Source of the DNA: Hyaloraphidium curvatum SAG 235-1
Taxonomy: Eukaryota; Fungi; Monoblepharomycota
Assembly: GCA_025558095.1 (NCBI GenBank)
Contig: JAIVFI010000004.1
Location: 372,001-436,000, forward strand
Length of the DNA: 64,000 nucleotides
Direction of reading: 5' to 3'
In this document: in pieces, positions 43,669 to 55,345 of the stretch
Position numbering within the stretch: position 1 is the stretch's first letter
Layout of the letters: every line of letters starts with the position of its first letter
The notes under the pieces: generated by a model
Seen by the model: only the letters and a program-made list of their open reading frames with translations
Database searches by the model: none
What the model was told of the DNA's origin: nothing
Made by a program: the position numbers and the translations under genes

Positions 43669-46065
43669 CAGCGCGGGCACCGGACCACGATCCGGTATGC
43701 CCAGGAGCGCCTCGTTGGCCTTCATGGGGCCCCAGAGGAAGGTTTCGAAGAAGATGCGGCGCTGTTCAGCCTGCTGAAAGGCAATGTCCTTGGGCAAGTC
43801 CGTGCGGACAACGAGCGCCATGCGCTCTTCCAGAGTCAGGCTGGCGAGCGCAACCTCGAGCGAACGACTCCTCCGATCCCACAGGGCTTTCCCGGACGCG
43901 TTCTTGAGCGCGCCGAGGGCGTCCTCCAGGATCTTGCGCCAGTTCTGCGGCCGGCGGAGGTGGGTCTGGGCTGGGAGCTCGAAGTCCTCCACGGGTATGA
44001 GCCCGGCTTCCGGCTGGCGAACGAAGTGCCGCACTCGAGCAAGGAATACGGAATGGACGAAATCATCCAAACGAGCCGCATCACTCGCCATCAGCCGCCC
44101 ACGCAGACGGATCTCGGTCGCTGCCGTCCAGCGGTGGAAGCCTCCTTCACGGTCGACCGCCACCAGGCGCGAGACAAAAAGTCGTTCCTTCCTCGTCGCG
44201 GAGAGGGACGAGTAACTGCCGTCCGGACGACCCTGGTCCAGGTCGGAAAGCCCGGCACAGCACGCGTACTTGACAGCCTCACGCAGGTCCTTGGGCACGG
44301 TCGGCTCCAGCGCGTAGTCCAGCAGAGCGTCCAGCTGCGCCCCCGGGGCTCCGACAACGGCTGGAGCGAAAATCGGGTTCGCTAAAACAGTTGGAAAGAG
44401 CGGCGGAGGCGGCGAGAGGCCGGAAGGGGTGCCCGCAGTGGCCGGCGATGGTTCGTCGGCGACGGGCGCGGGGAGCCGACGTCGCTCGACGAAGTTCCGC
44501 AGCTTCCGGCAGAGGGCCGCGCGGACCTCCTTGCCTTTGCCTTTCTCGACTGCGGAGCATATTCCGCGGAACTGGTCGGGAGGGAGGGAGGTGAGGGTGC
44601 CGATGACGTCCTTGGAGGCGGTGGCGCGGGCGTTCTGCAGCTCGTCCAGAAACGTGTTCCACGCCGATCCGAAAGCACCTCCATTACTGAGTCCTCGTAG
44701 TCGGCCATAGAGCTGGTTCACATCGTAGGCCTTGTGGACGTCGACCTCGGCCACTCCGAGTTCCCGGGCCTGGGAAGTCAAACGGAGGTCGGCACGCGTC
44801 AATGACGACGGCGACGAGTTCCCCACCTCCTGCAGCAGGCGGGCCGCTTCTCGAGCAGCGATGCCGTCGTCCACCGCGTTCCTGGGCGCGGCCCCGGGAC
44901 CCGGTCCGGTGTCCATGCGGGTCGAGTTTGTGTCTCCCGTGATCTCGCCAGTTGCCGTTTCCGGTTGTATGCACCCGCTCGTGGAACCAAGGTTGTCGGA
45001 CCGAAGCATCTCCCGCTGAATGCGCGCCTTCTCTTCCGCGCTGAGCTTGATGCAGTGCCGAAAAGTGGGACAGAGATCGCTCTCCCCAACAATTCGTATC
45101 GCCCTCTCGACAGCGTCAATCAGATCGGCCACAGTGGAGGGACAGTCTCGCCGGACAAGGCGCTTCAACCGCCCTATCACGTGCTCACTCGCATTGAACT
45201 CGGGAGTACGGGGTCGCAGGTACACGAGGTTGAGGTTGTTGGCTTTCGCCACCGCCTGAACCGCGAGGAACGATTTGCCGGAGGTGTTCTCTACAATCGC
45301 AGTACCATTTGCGGTCTTCTTTGCCCTCAAAGGGGATCCATGGTAACCAGCATTGTCAATCACAATGTTCAGCGCGTTCTTGGGGCCCTGTCCGTCTGCC
45401 TTAACAGACCTCAAGAAAGCGCAGAATCGCTCCGTGTTCATATTGCCACGGTAGATCACATACGAGATCACCGTTCCAGCAACTGCTCCCGGACGAGGAC
45501 TTGGTGACACTGCGAGACACAGAGTCACCTTTGGACCTCTATTCCGCGGGAGGTAGACAACAGCGCGGCTTCCGCGGTCCGAGTACCCGTGGCTGCCCGG
45601 GTCGTTGAGCTCGAAAGCCGTTTCGTCCAGTGCGACCATGCGTTCCATAGGCACATTCTCGATGCGACTATGAAACAGAAGATGCCTTTCCGGTTGCCGT
45701 AAGGCCTCGGAAGACTTGACGGTGAGCCTCTTCCTAGTGACGCCATTTGCCTTCAGCAGCCGCGAAACGTGCTGCTGGGAGACGCGGATCCCGTACTTTT
45801 CTGCCAGAAAAAGAACTAGCTCCTGCTGGGTGACCCTGACCTGGCTTTTTGCCTCGTGTACGATGTCCTGGACCATCTGGTCCGTGACCTTGCGGCGGCT
45901 CCGGACCTTGCGAACTCCCTCTCTCGATGCCGGGGGCAGCGATGCCCACTTGATCCAACGAAAATAGGTCGTGCGATGTACTCCCAACGACGCAGAAATC
46001 TCCGCCGAGCTCAGCTTCCCAGTCTGCTTGAGCCGAGTTGCGATGGCGGGGCCGTCCACCAACAT
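43669..46065 (-). CDS. IS630/Tc1-family DDE transposase with long C-terminal extension (exon 1 of predicted fusion gene)
   Basis: HTH (EISASLGVHRTTYFRW), second HTH (YGIRVSQQHVSRLL..G.TRKR), catalytic ALDET (45625-45627), IDNAGYH (45355-45357) and PEFNASE (45184-45186). Confidence 0.92.
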
Positions 46066-46260
46066 TGGCGTCCGGGGCACAGGTAGTTGTGAAGAAGCCC
46101 GAGGCGCAGAGTTTGCAGATGGAGATGCCAAGGCCACTGGCTCGCTGCAACAGCTAGTAGCAGAGGCGATGTGTGCGACTACGGGAGTCCGATGAGGCGC
46201 GGATCGACGCGCGATCAAAACAACCGTGAACCCGGAAGCCAACCCCCAGACGGGCGAACG

Positions 46261-47416
46261 ATGAGCGAGTCTGCTGAAGTTGCTGCGTCTCCGGCAAAGA
46301 TTGAGTATCGTCTGGCGCGTGAGGAGGATCTGCCGACGTGCGGGGAGGTGTTCTTCGAGGCAAGTACCGCACCCATTGCATGATCTCCTGCATCTCTTTG
46401 ATATCTGCGCACGGCAGGGGCTCACCGGCTACCTGAAGAAGCTCAACTCGGCGGACAAGCTCATGATGATCCGGGAGCGCATCTTGGCGGACGTGGTTCG
46501 GTTCTACCGGCATGCTCTCCAGACGGATCCAGAGAACTTTTTCATTGCTGAAGACGTGGACGCGGACAAAATCGTCGGTTTCGCCACTGCGACAAGCCGA
46601 CCTCCGATGTTCTTTGTCGGTGCGTACGCCCGGCACGGACTGCTGATCCAGCAGTAAACTCCGTCTGGCCCTCCTCCAGGCTTTGTTTTCGTACTCCCGG
46701 ACTACGCGCACCCCAAGGCCAAGGGCGTCGGCCGCACGCTCTTCGGGCGCCTCATGAAGAACGTGCCGGAGGGTGATACTGTCGGCCTGACCGTCGACAC
46801 GGCGCAGCCCATCTCGAATAGCCTCTATGCTCAGTGGGGCGTGGTCGGGAAGCAGCCCTTGCAGTACCTCGACGGACCGCTCGACGTCTCGAAAATCGAC
46901 TTCCGCAGAACGCTCACCCCGGTCAGCATCGTGGCTTCAAATCCCACCGAGTCGCAGATCACGTTCGAGGACGCGCTGCCGAAGATCCGTGCTCTTGACG
47001 CGGATATTGTTCGGTTTGCGCGGAGGAAGGAGGATTGGGACTTCATCTACGCTGGCCGGCCCATCGCGCAACTCTACAAGGACGAAGGCGGCGCGGTTGT
47101 CGGCTACTCTTTCGCTCGGCGCGGCGCGGGCATCGGGCCCGTGGTCGTCAAGAAGCCGGAACTGCTGAACGAAGTCGTGATCGACGCGCTGATGCGTGCG
47201 CTCGAGGCCGGTCGCGAAGGGAGAGAGAACCCGGAGCAAGTCACGGTATCGTTGTGGTTCCCGTCAGGCGCCCTTCCCGAGCTCTTCGCGCTACTCCTGA
47301 AAGCGGGAATGAAGATCTCCGGCTTTCCAATGTTGCTGGCATATAACGGAGCTGCTGGAGAGCCATTCCTCTGTGATCTCTCACGGGCTCTCATGTACAG
47401 TGCGTCGATGTTTTGA
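46261..47416 (+). CDS. GNAT-family N-acetyltransferase, 3 exons
   Basis: YRLAREEDL, FFIAED..KIVGFA and FVLPDYA..KGVGRTLF. First intron is GC-AG (46360-46417). Confidence 0.78.
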
Positions 47417-47485
47417 AAAAGACGTTCTTCTAGTGCATTAGAGGAATATCGGTCTACGCGGGTATCTGACAGCTGGCACTCCACG

Positions 47486-49372
47486 TCACATCACAATCTC
47501 GTTCTCGTAGTGCCTGCAAGCCAGCGATGTCAGATTCGAATCAAGGGGATCGACGAGCAGGCATACCCCTTGAGTTCCTTGTGCGGCAGGACGATGCAGT
47601 TGCGAATCACGACCTCGTCGGCCACCTTGACTTCCGTGCCCAGCACGGTAGCCCCCGGGGCCTTTGCGTTGTTGACCGTTGCTCCTCCACTAGCTGCGGC
47701 GGCGTGCACGTCGATGTGGCCACCCTCAACACGGGCCCAACAGCCGATACGGCAGTCCTTTCCGACGATGGAGTTGAGCACGATCGAATCGTGCTTGATC
47801 TCCACGTTGTCCAGGATGATCGAGTTGTGGATGCGGACGCCGCGCCCGACCACGACCCGCTCCGCCAGGGACACGTTGGGACCGATCTTTGCCGTCGGGT
47901 GAACGATTGCACTGGGGTGAATGATGACCGGTTGGATTATCTCCGGCTCGGTGCGCGCCTTGCGCACGGGGGAAACCGGCGCCTGAGGAGCCTCCGCCGG
48001 CGGGTTGATGTAGCCAGGTTCCGGAGACTCCGGCGTGAGCTGGCTGGGAGAGTGAGTGGCCAAGACAGGAGGGCCCCCAACCGTCACGCTGCCGCCGTTC
48101 TCGCGTGCAGCGCCGAACATGTGCGGCCGCGTTTGGTTCGGCAGCGCTGCCGCCATGTGGGCCAGCGCAAACGTGGATGGCTTCCGCGCGAGACGGTGAG
48201 GCGCCGTCTTGGCCCAGTACTGCAGGTAAAGCGCGTTGGCCGGCAGCGCAGAGGCTGCGGCCTTGATCTGCATCCAAAAGTCGTTAGGCCCGATGGGGTA
48301 GACATAGAGCCGGCCCGTGCCGGCGAGCTTCTGGATCACGTCGTTCTCGAGCTGCACGGCGTCGACTTCGGCCGACGACAGGCTACCGTACGTGAAGGAA
48401 TCGTCCTCCAGCTCCTTTTCATAGCGAGCACGGCGCTCCGCGACGGCTTTGGCCATGTCGCGGAAGATGCTGCGGTCAAAGATGTAGACACCGCAGGAGA
48501 TGATGTCGGAGATGAAAGTCTCGGCTGTTTGAGGGGGTCGTTTAGAAAGGGAACAACTGCGTACTGCCAATGGACCCACGTTTCTCGACGTAGTGGAGCA
48601 CCTCGTTCGTCTGCGGGTCCGCCACAAGGGACCCATAGCGACGAACACTTTCCTTCGAGACCTTCGTGCCCATGATCGTGAACGGCTTGCCGTGGGATCG
48701 GTGGAACTCCAGCATGTCCGAGAGTGGGAACGACGAGGCAATGTCGGCGTGCAGGACAAAGACGTCTGGCGAAGAGGGTAAGCGAGATGAAGAAGACCGG
48801 CAGTCGCGCTCACAATCGGGGTTTCCACGGAGAACTTCGTCCCTGAAGTGATGCAGGCCACCGCCCGTTCCAAGAGAGACGTACTCGCGCAGGTAGCTGC
48901 ACGCAGGAGTTCCATTCGTGCCCGTTCCGTCGGCACATAGGGTGGAACCCACCGGAAGTTAATCCCAGGAAAGTCCAGCGTCACTTCGGAGAGAAAGCGG
49001 TCGAAAACGCCGTTCTCTGCAGGAGACGCGAAGCGACCGCGCAGTTGAGCGTTCGGGTTCCACGAAGCCAAAAGAGCACGAAGCGCACCGTAGAAGCCGA
49101 TAAGAAGAATGTCCCGCATGCCTTCAACTTGTGCCAAAGCGTCCACGTGGTGCCGTATCATTGGGAGCCCGGCAATCGGGAACAGAGGCTTGGGAGTGGT
49201 GAAAGACAGAGGCCGGAACCGCGTGCCTGCGCCAGTCCGTGTCAGGGCCGACTTTCGGCGAGCTGCGGCACGGAAAAGCACCGATAGAATTGCCGCCGAC
49301 AAGCAGAACCGCCTTCCGGCGGTTACTGGTCGCCGGGATATCCGGAGACGTCAGGAGGGGGGAGGTCGCCAT
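47486..49372 (-). CDS. GMPPA: Mannose-1-phosphate guanylyltransferase alpha-like, multi-exon
   Basis: KAVLLVGG..GTRFRPLS..PKPLFPIAG, YLREY..LGTGGGL.HFRD, VLHYVEK, ETFISDIISCGVY, FWMQIK and NCIVLPHKEL. Confidence 0.92.
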
Positions 49373-49620
49373 TGCTGCCCTTCTGGCGTTTTTCTCGGCG
49401 CGAGAGCCAAGGATTTAATGTGCCTGCTTTCCCTCTTGCCGCCAATCGCCGTCTGCCGAGGACGATAGCGGAGTAGGACGTCAGCTGTGAGGGTCGGTTC
49501 GTTGGGGGTCTCCGCGCCTGGGCCGAGGGCCCCATCACGACGCTGCGATGTCTTCTGTTCCTCCGATCGTTCGCGCGAATGCTCAAGAATCAGCCAGAAT
49601 ACAAAGGTCAAGCGACTACA

Positions 49621-52136
49621 TCAGTCGTCTGCATCGTCGCTGTCGTCCGCATCCGGGTTCTTTGACGAGGCCTTGGGTGCCCGATCACCTTGGTCATCGC
49701 TCCCAGAGTCCTCATCGTCATCGTCCCCGCCGTCGTCGATCTCGATTTCGTCGCCATTGGCAAAAGAAACCGGTCCGCCAGAGCCGGTTTTCGGCCTGAT
49801 CTCGTCCTCGTCCGCATCCTTTGCCGGCGCAGACGCCTGCTGCTTCTTCCACTGGTGCGCAAGCTGCAGCAGCTTCAGCGCGGGGGTCTTCTCCTTCTCG
49901 TCGTCGGGGAAGATGTAGTCCAGGTACTCCTCCCAGGTTCCGGATTCCTCCACCCGCCGCCGCTTCTTGACGACGCGCGGCATGCGGGCCTCGAGCTTCT
50001 TCAGCTCCTCCGGCGACCCGTTCTTCTTCTCAAAGTCCTTCCAAGTCTCCAGGAGGAACACCCGCTCCTCCTTGGACTCAGGCATCCGGCGCTTGACCGC
50101 CGTGTGTGCGCGGTCAAGGACGGACCGCGCCCTGTCGGCAGCAGAGAGGTCCTCGAGTCCTTTGGGACCGACGGGTGTGCTGGCCTCAAAGTTGGCAAAA
50201 GAGATCCAGACCTGTGAACAACTGTCAGCAACGAGAAATTCATAGCGGCAACGGCGCGAACCTTGACGTGCTCCGTCTTCTTGAGCAGCTTCTCGTAGAG
50301 CCGCCGCGCCTTGTCCCACTCTTCCTCGCCGACCTGGAAGTCAATGTACGCCTTCCACAGCACCTCGGGCATGTCCAATGCCGGCTGCGCGACCGCGATT
50401 TCAAACACGCCCTCGGCACGCTCAATGTCCCCGAGCATCCGCTCCATCTCGGCAAACTTGACCCAGGCGTAGCAGTTCTGGGGATTCCATTCCAGGTACT
50501 TCTGATAGAGGATCCGCGCGCGGTCGAACTCGCGCAGCTTGAGCTCCAGCTCGATGTAGCTCCGGAACAGCTTCTCCTTCGGGCACGTGCCGATCGCGAC
50601 CCCCAGCATCTTGCGGGCCGCCGCGAGATCCTTCCGCCGGACAAGGTGATTCGCGTAGAGCACCCACACCTTGGCGAACGTGAACTGCTTGTGCGGGATC
50701 AGGTTTAAGCACGCCTGGTAGACCTGTTTCGCCCGGTCCATGTCCTGCAAAGCGCAAGACTCAGGAAATGGGATGAGCGGCCGAACAAGGAGACCCACCC
50801 CAGCGTCCCGCTCCTCCCAGACGGCATAGAAAAGCCACAGATAAATGTACCGCCGCCAAAAACGCTTTTCCGTCACCGGAGGGACCTGCGCGATGGCCCT
50901 CTCGTAGACCTCGCGGACCCGTTCCGGGTTGCCTGCACTCTCCTCCAACCGCGCGTAGTCAAACCACGTGTCGTAGTTCTGCGGTGTCGCCTCCAAATCC
51001 TCCTCGTACTTTTTCCGCCGTTTCTCCGTGATGACGTCCTCGATTCCTTCGCGGTCCCCGTGCTGCTTCTCAAACTGGCCATAGTTCTCCTGGATCGTCT
51101 GCGACCGCGTCTTGGGTATCTTCTCAAGCGCAAACTTGTAGACGGCCCGCGTCCGCTCGTACTCCTGCTGCCGTGCCTCGAACTTGGCGAACGACACAAA
51201 AATATTGGGATCCAGGACCCTCGGGTCGTCCGTCTGCTGGGCGTCCTTGTCCATGTGATCGATACATTGCTCGTACAGGGCGCGAGCGCGGTCGACGTCG
51301 CCGATGTCCTCCTCGAACCGAGCCCATTTTACCCAATTCTTCGGTTCGGGTTGGTTAGAGACGAAGCGCTGGTAAATTTGCCGCGCCCGCTCCGTTTCCT
51401 TGTACCTAAAATCCAGTTGAGCGACAATCCAACAGAGGGTCCGAATTCGACCAACCTTCTCTCGAACTTGATGTAGGCCATCCAAGCTTCTTCGGACGGC
51501 TCCCACTGCATCCACCGCTCAAACACCTGCCGTGCACCGGCAACGTTCCCGAGCGTCTCCTCCATCAGCGTGTACTTGTACCAGAACTGGTCCACGCGCG
51601 GCAGCACGGAAACCGCGCGATCGTAGATGTTGCGCGCGTGGTTGACGTTCCTGTGCTTCATCTCCATCTCGGCATACCGCACCCAGAGAGTTATGTTGCG
51701 GTGGTCCACGTCGAGGGCGCGTTCAAAGATGGACCGGGCCCTGCGAAAAACAAGGGGTCGGTCGCGGTCCCATCAGACAATCCAGACGCATCGACAGCAT
51801 ACCTCTCATATTCGTGCTGGCTCTCTTCCCATGCTGCGTATTTGAGCCAGTGGCCGACGTGCGTCCGATTGCGGCGGATCTTGTCCTCAAACTCCTTCCG
51901 CCGCTCCCCCTTGTACTCCATCAGCTCTTGCTGGTCCATAATCTTCTGTTTCGGAAGCTTGAGCGCCGGTTCCTGGAACTGATTCGCCTCGCGAAGGATC
52001 CTGCCCGGGGGACGGCGTCTGAGTCCCGGCACCACGCAGTGCCGCGGCGCCGTTCCACGCACTGTTCCGCGGTAATCTGGACCGGCGCCGGGGCCTTGTT
52101 GGCCACCCGGCCCTGGCGAGCGCCTCGGTCCCCCAT
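49621..52136 (-). CDS. CLF1: Crooked-neck / Clf1 (Syf3) pre-mRNA splicing factor, HAT repeats, multi-exon
   Basis: [65 protein letters not shown] and [10 protein letters not shown]. Confidence 0.96.
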
Positions 52137-52447
52137 GATAGCGATTGGCGGTCGTGGAGGGGCTCTGAAGGTTCAATGACGCGGGACCGCGATTCCACGC
52201 CCCTGTCGCGGCTGGCGCAGCCCGGGCGACTGGGAGCAAATCCGGCTGAATGCCAGACGCCGCCCAGCTGGAGAGAACGCTACAACAGAGTCTCCTTCAG
52301 GGGGCTGCGCGTCAAACGAGTTCCGCGCCGCGATCAACAAGGCATCAAAACGCAACCACGACAGACTAGTGGGACCTTGACACGCTATAGGACTTCCAAG
52401 AAGGTCTTTATAGAGGAGCCAACAGAACTCTACGCGGATTACACGCG

Positions 52448-53389
52448 ATGCCGCTCCCTCGCGCGTTGAAGCTCCGCTCAGCGGACCTGGTCCCGCTCCT
52501 CGGCCTGGGCACGTGGAAATCGCAGCCCGGAGAAGTTGGAGGCGCCGTTCGCGCCGCTTTGGACCTTGGGATACGGCACATCGATTGCGCGTGGATTTAC
52601 GGAAATGAGCGAGAGATCGGAACTGTGTTGAAGGACAAGGTCGGCACTGACTTCCAGCGATCTGAGCTTTTCGTCGTCTCGAAGCTGTGGCCGATATTCT
52701 ATGGCGACCCGTCTCGTATCGTCCGCGCCGTCGAGGAAAGCGTGGGGAATTTGGGACTGGACCACCTGGACGCCCTGCTGCTGCATTGGCCGTTCTGCTA
52801 CCAGTACATCGGCGACAAAGTGACGATGCCGAAGGACAAAGCCACCGGAGCTGCGCTTTTCGATGAGAAGTGGCACATCCGGGACACGTGGCCCGAGCTC
52901 GAGAAGCTGGTTGAGCAGGGAAAGACGAGGAACATCGGAGTCTGCAATTACGGTATCACCAGACTGGAAGAGCTCCTTAAGGTGGCCAAGATCAAGCCGG
53001 CCGTGAATCAGGTCGAGCTGCACCCGTACAACCCGCAGCCCGAGCTCGTCGAGTTCTGCAAGCAGGAGGGCATAGCCGTGACCGCGTATTCCCCGCTGGG
53101 TTCCGGAGGAAAGCCTTCGCTGCTTGAAGATCCGATCATTCTCGAGGTCGCCAAGAAGCTGTCTCTGACGCCGGCCCAGGTTCTGCTCTCGTGGGGCGCC
53201 ACTCGCGGCACTGTCGTGATTCCGAAGTCGGTCAAGCCTGAGCGCATCAAGGAGAATATGCACCTGGTCGAGCTGGACAAGGACTCGATGGAAAAGATTA
53301 ACGGGATTTCAAAGCGCGTCCGCTACGTCGACCCCAAACCGTGGCAAGATGCAGCGCGGAAGGTGTGGGGCACCGGTCTTTTCGATTGA
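52448..53389 (+). CDS. Aldo/keto reductase
   Basis: GLGTWKS, RHIDCAWIYGNE, LLHWP, PAVNQVELHPY, AYSPLG and IPKSVKPERIKEN. Confidence 0.96.
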   Translation: MPLPRALKLRSADLVPLLGLGTWKSQPGEVGGAVRAALDLGIRHIDCAWIYGNEREIGTVLKDKVGTDFQRSELFVVSKLWPIFYGDPSRIVRAVEESVGNLGLDHLDALLLHWPFCYQYIGDKVTMPKDKATGAALFDEKWHIRDTWPELEKLVEQGKTRNIGVCNYGITRLEELLKVAKIKPAVNQVELHPYNPQPELVEFCKQEGIAVTAYSPLGSGGKPSLLEDPIILEVAKKLSLTPAQVLLSWGATRGTVVIPKSVKPERIKENMHLVELDKDSMEKINGISKRVRYVDPKPWQDAARKVWGTGLFD

Positions 53390-53438
53390 GGAAATGGAGC
53401 ATGCAAGATCTTTGTCACATGTTGTAACATCATCTGCC

Positions 53439-55082
53439 CTAAAGCTTGGCCGGGAGCTTCAGCGGCATTGGAAGGCCTGCAAGCACCCGCCCGCTGCGGC
53501 CTTCGTCCGGAGCCGGGACACCCCTCCACTCGACCCGGAGCTTGCCCTCGAAGAGACCGGTGTCGCGGTGGTAGATGGTCCTCACGAGCATGTCGGCGAT
53601 CAAGTTGGCGCATGTGTCCGCCTGCTCCTCGAGATGCAAATGGTGTCCGCCTGGCAAAATGACGACTTTTGCTCCGCCCCGGCCCGCTTCCCCTTCGAGC
53701 ACCGCCGACTCCTCTGCGCCAACGGCCAGTGCCCAGAAGCGTTTCTCCCATCGCAGGCCCTGGCCTTGCTCGATGTTCCTCACAAAGTAACTGGATAAGT
53801 TGTGAGTCTCCGAGACACGCAATGGACCAAAGGGCAACCCACCCTCCCGACGCGAGAATCAGCAACACCGGCACCCGAGCCCGTCCGATGCGCTTCAGGA
53901 TCTCCAGACAGGTCGCCTCAGTGGGCGGGAAGGGCTCCGTCATCGTCAACCTTTGATCTGTCCTCCACGTATAGGCCCTCTTGCGCTCGGGCTCGGCAGG
54001 AGGCTTGTCGTGGACCGGCGGCGGCTGATCCTCGGGACGGCGCCCGTCCGGCGACGAAGCAACTGTCGCGACGACGCGGACCTTTTGCTGGAAGGGGTCC
54101 GAAACCATGCTGCTGTCCTCCTCGACCTACAGGTGCCGGAAACGGCCGCGTCAGTGAGCAGTGTCGAAAGCGGCTGCTTGTGAAATAGCCCACGATCTCC
54201 ATGAGCCCACGGGCCACAAGATGCGATGCGCCCTCGTAACCAAGCGGAATCCGAGGTGCCTTGGTTCGCGCCAGTGTTGCCTCATGCACAGAGGCGTAAC
54301 GCGGCTTGCGTTTGCGTGAAAGCACCTTTTCCTCCTCGATCCGTTCCAGAATCTCCTCCGGAATCTGCTGCGCCGGCCGCGTGAAGGGCCCCACATTATC
54401 GACCAGGATCATGGCTTGAATGCGATTCGGATACGCGGTCGCGTAGAAGCAGGAGACCGCTCCGCCCATCTAAATGAGACGTAAGCAAAGGCGTTTGTTT
54501 GGGTAGAGGACGCCGGCTTACCGAGTGCCCCATGAGGACGAAGCTCCTCCAGTTCAAAGCCTGAACGCAAGCCTCGACATCAATCGCGCTGCGCGGCGGT
54601 AATCAACATCCGTGTTCTTGCGCTTTTGTCCTCTACCTACTAACGCATGTCGGCATAGTCAGACTGACCGACAGCAACGTGTCAGGAGTAATGCCACTGA
54701 GCCAATAGAGCCACGACCCACATCCTTGGAGCGGTGGTCGCTCAGACCGTGGCCGGGAAGGTCGAGACAGACGACAGTGCACTTCAACGAAGGGTTGGCA
54801 GCCTCGATATCGTGCAGCAGTGTCGGGATCAACTTGTTCCACGTGTGGCAATTGTCTAGCCTGCGTACCGTCGGAATCAACGCTTCCCAAGCGCGGAATT
54901 GACCTCTACCAGCCATGGCAAGCGAGGATTCTGATCCAAGTGCGGTCGGTGTCTTTCGCGGACTCGTTGTCCTTCGACGTGTCATCGCTGTTCGGGATGT
55001 AGCCCCAACGCCGCGCCGCGATCCTCAAGCCTTGGAAAGAGGTGAAGGAGATGTCCGAAGGGGGTGGGTACTTCTGGGCCAT
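53439..55082 (-). CDS. Alpha/beta hydrolase (serine hydrolase-like, SERHL type), multi-exon
   Basis: HGW/LDN, LDLPGHGLSDH, GHS/MGG nucleophile and PGGHHLHLE. Confidence 0.88.
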
Positions 55083-55345
55083 CCTTGACGGTGTTGCTGC
55101 CGGCGATGTGGTCCACGAGGAGAGTGGCACTGTTTCCCAGCTCCACAAGACCACCCAGTGGCGGACAAGGGCGCTAACGCGTCGTCTGAGCCAGAAAAAA
55201 GATGCCCGACGGCTTAGGCGTCTGTTTTGAGGGGCGGAAAGGCCAAGAACTGCCGGCAGATTGTGGTGTTTCCGTTTTCCGACTCGGGCGCCATCAGGCT
55301 GTGCACATCGTCACTCATCCCACTCTTTTCGAGAACTGGTGGTCG

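Larger units (their letters stand above)
37522..46154 (-). mobile_element. 8,633-bp IS630/Tc1-mariner-type DNA transposon carrying Fanzor
   Basis: TA at 37520-37521 and 46155-46156. Imperfect terminal inverted repeats GCTGTT-N11-GTGGC at both ends. Encodes DDE transposase and RuvC. Removing it restores a compact divergent promoter between RARS and the GNAT gene. Confidence 0.85.

Noticed and set aside
968-46154. Serine recombinase as IS607-type TnpA partner of the Fanzor
   Set aside because: It lies more than 35 kb away, beyond many host genes, and the Fanzor already sits inside its own TA-flanked DDE element.
46066-46425. N-terminal 120 codons of the 932-aa ORF in the track
   Set aside because: They cross the transposon end at 46154 and overlap the GNAT gene antisense. 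The likely start is the ATG at 46065.
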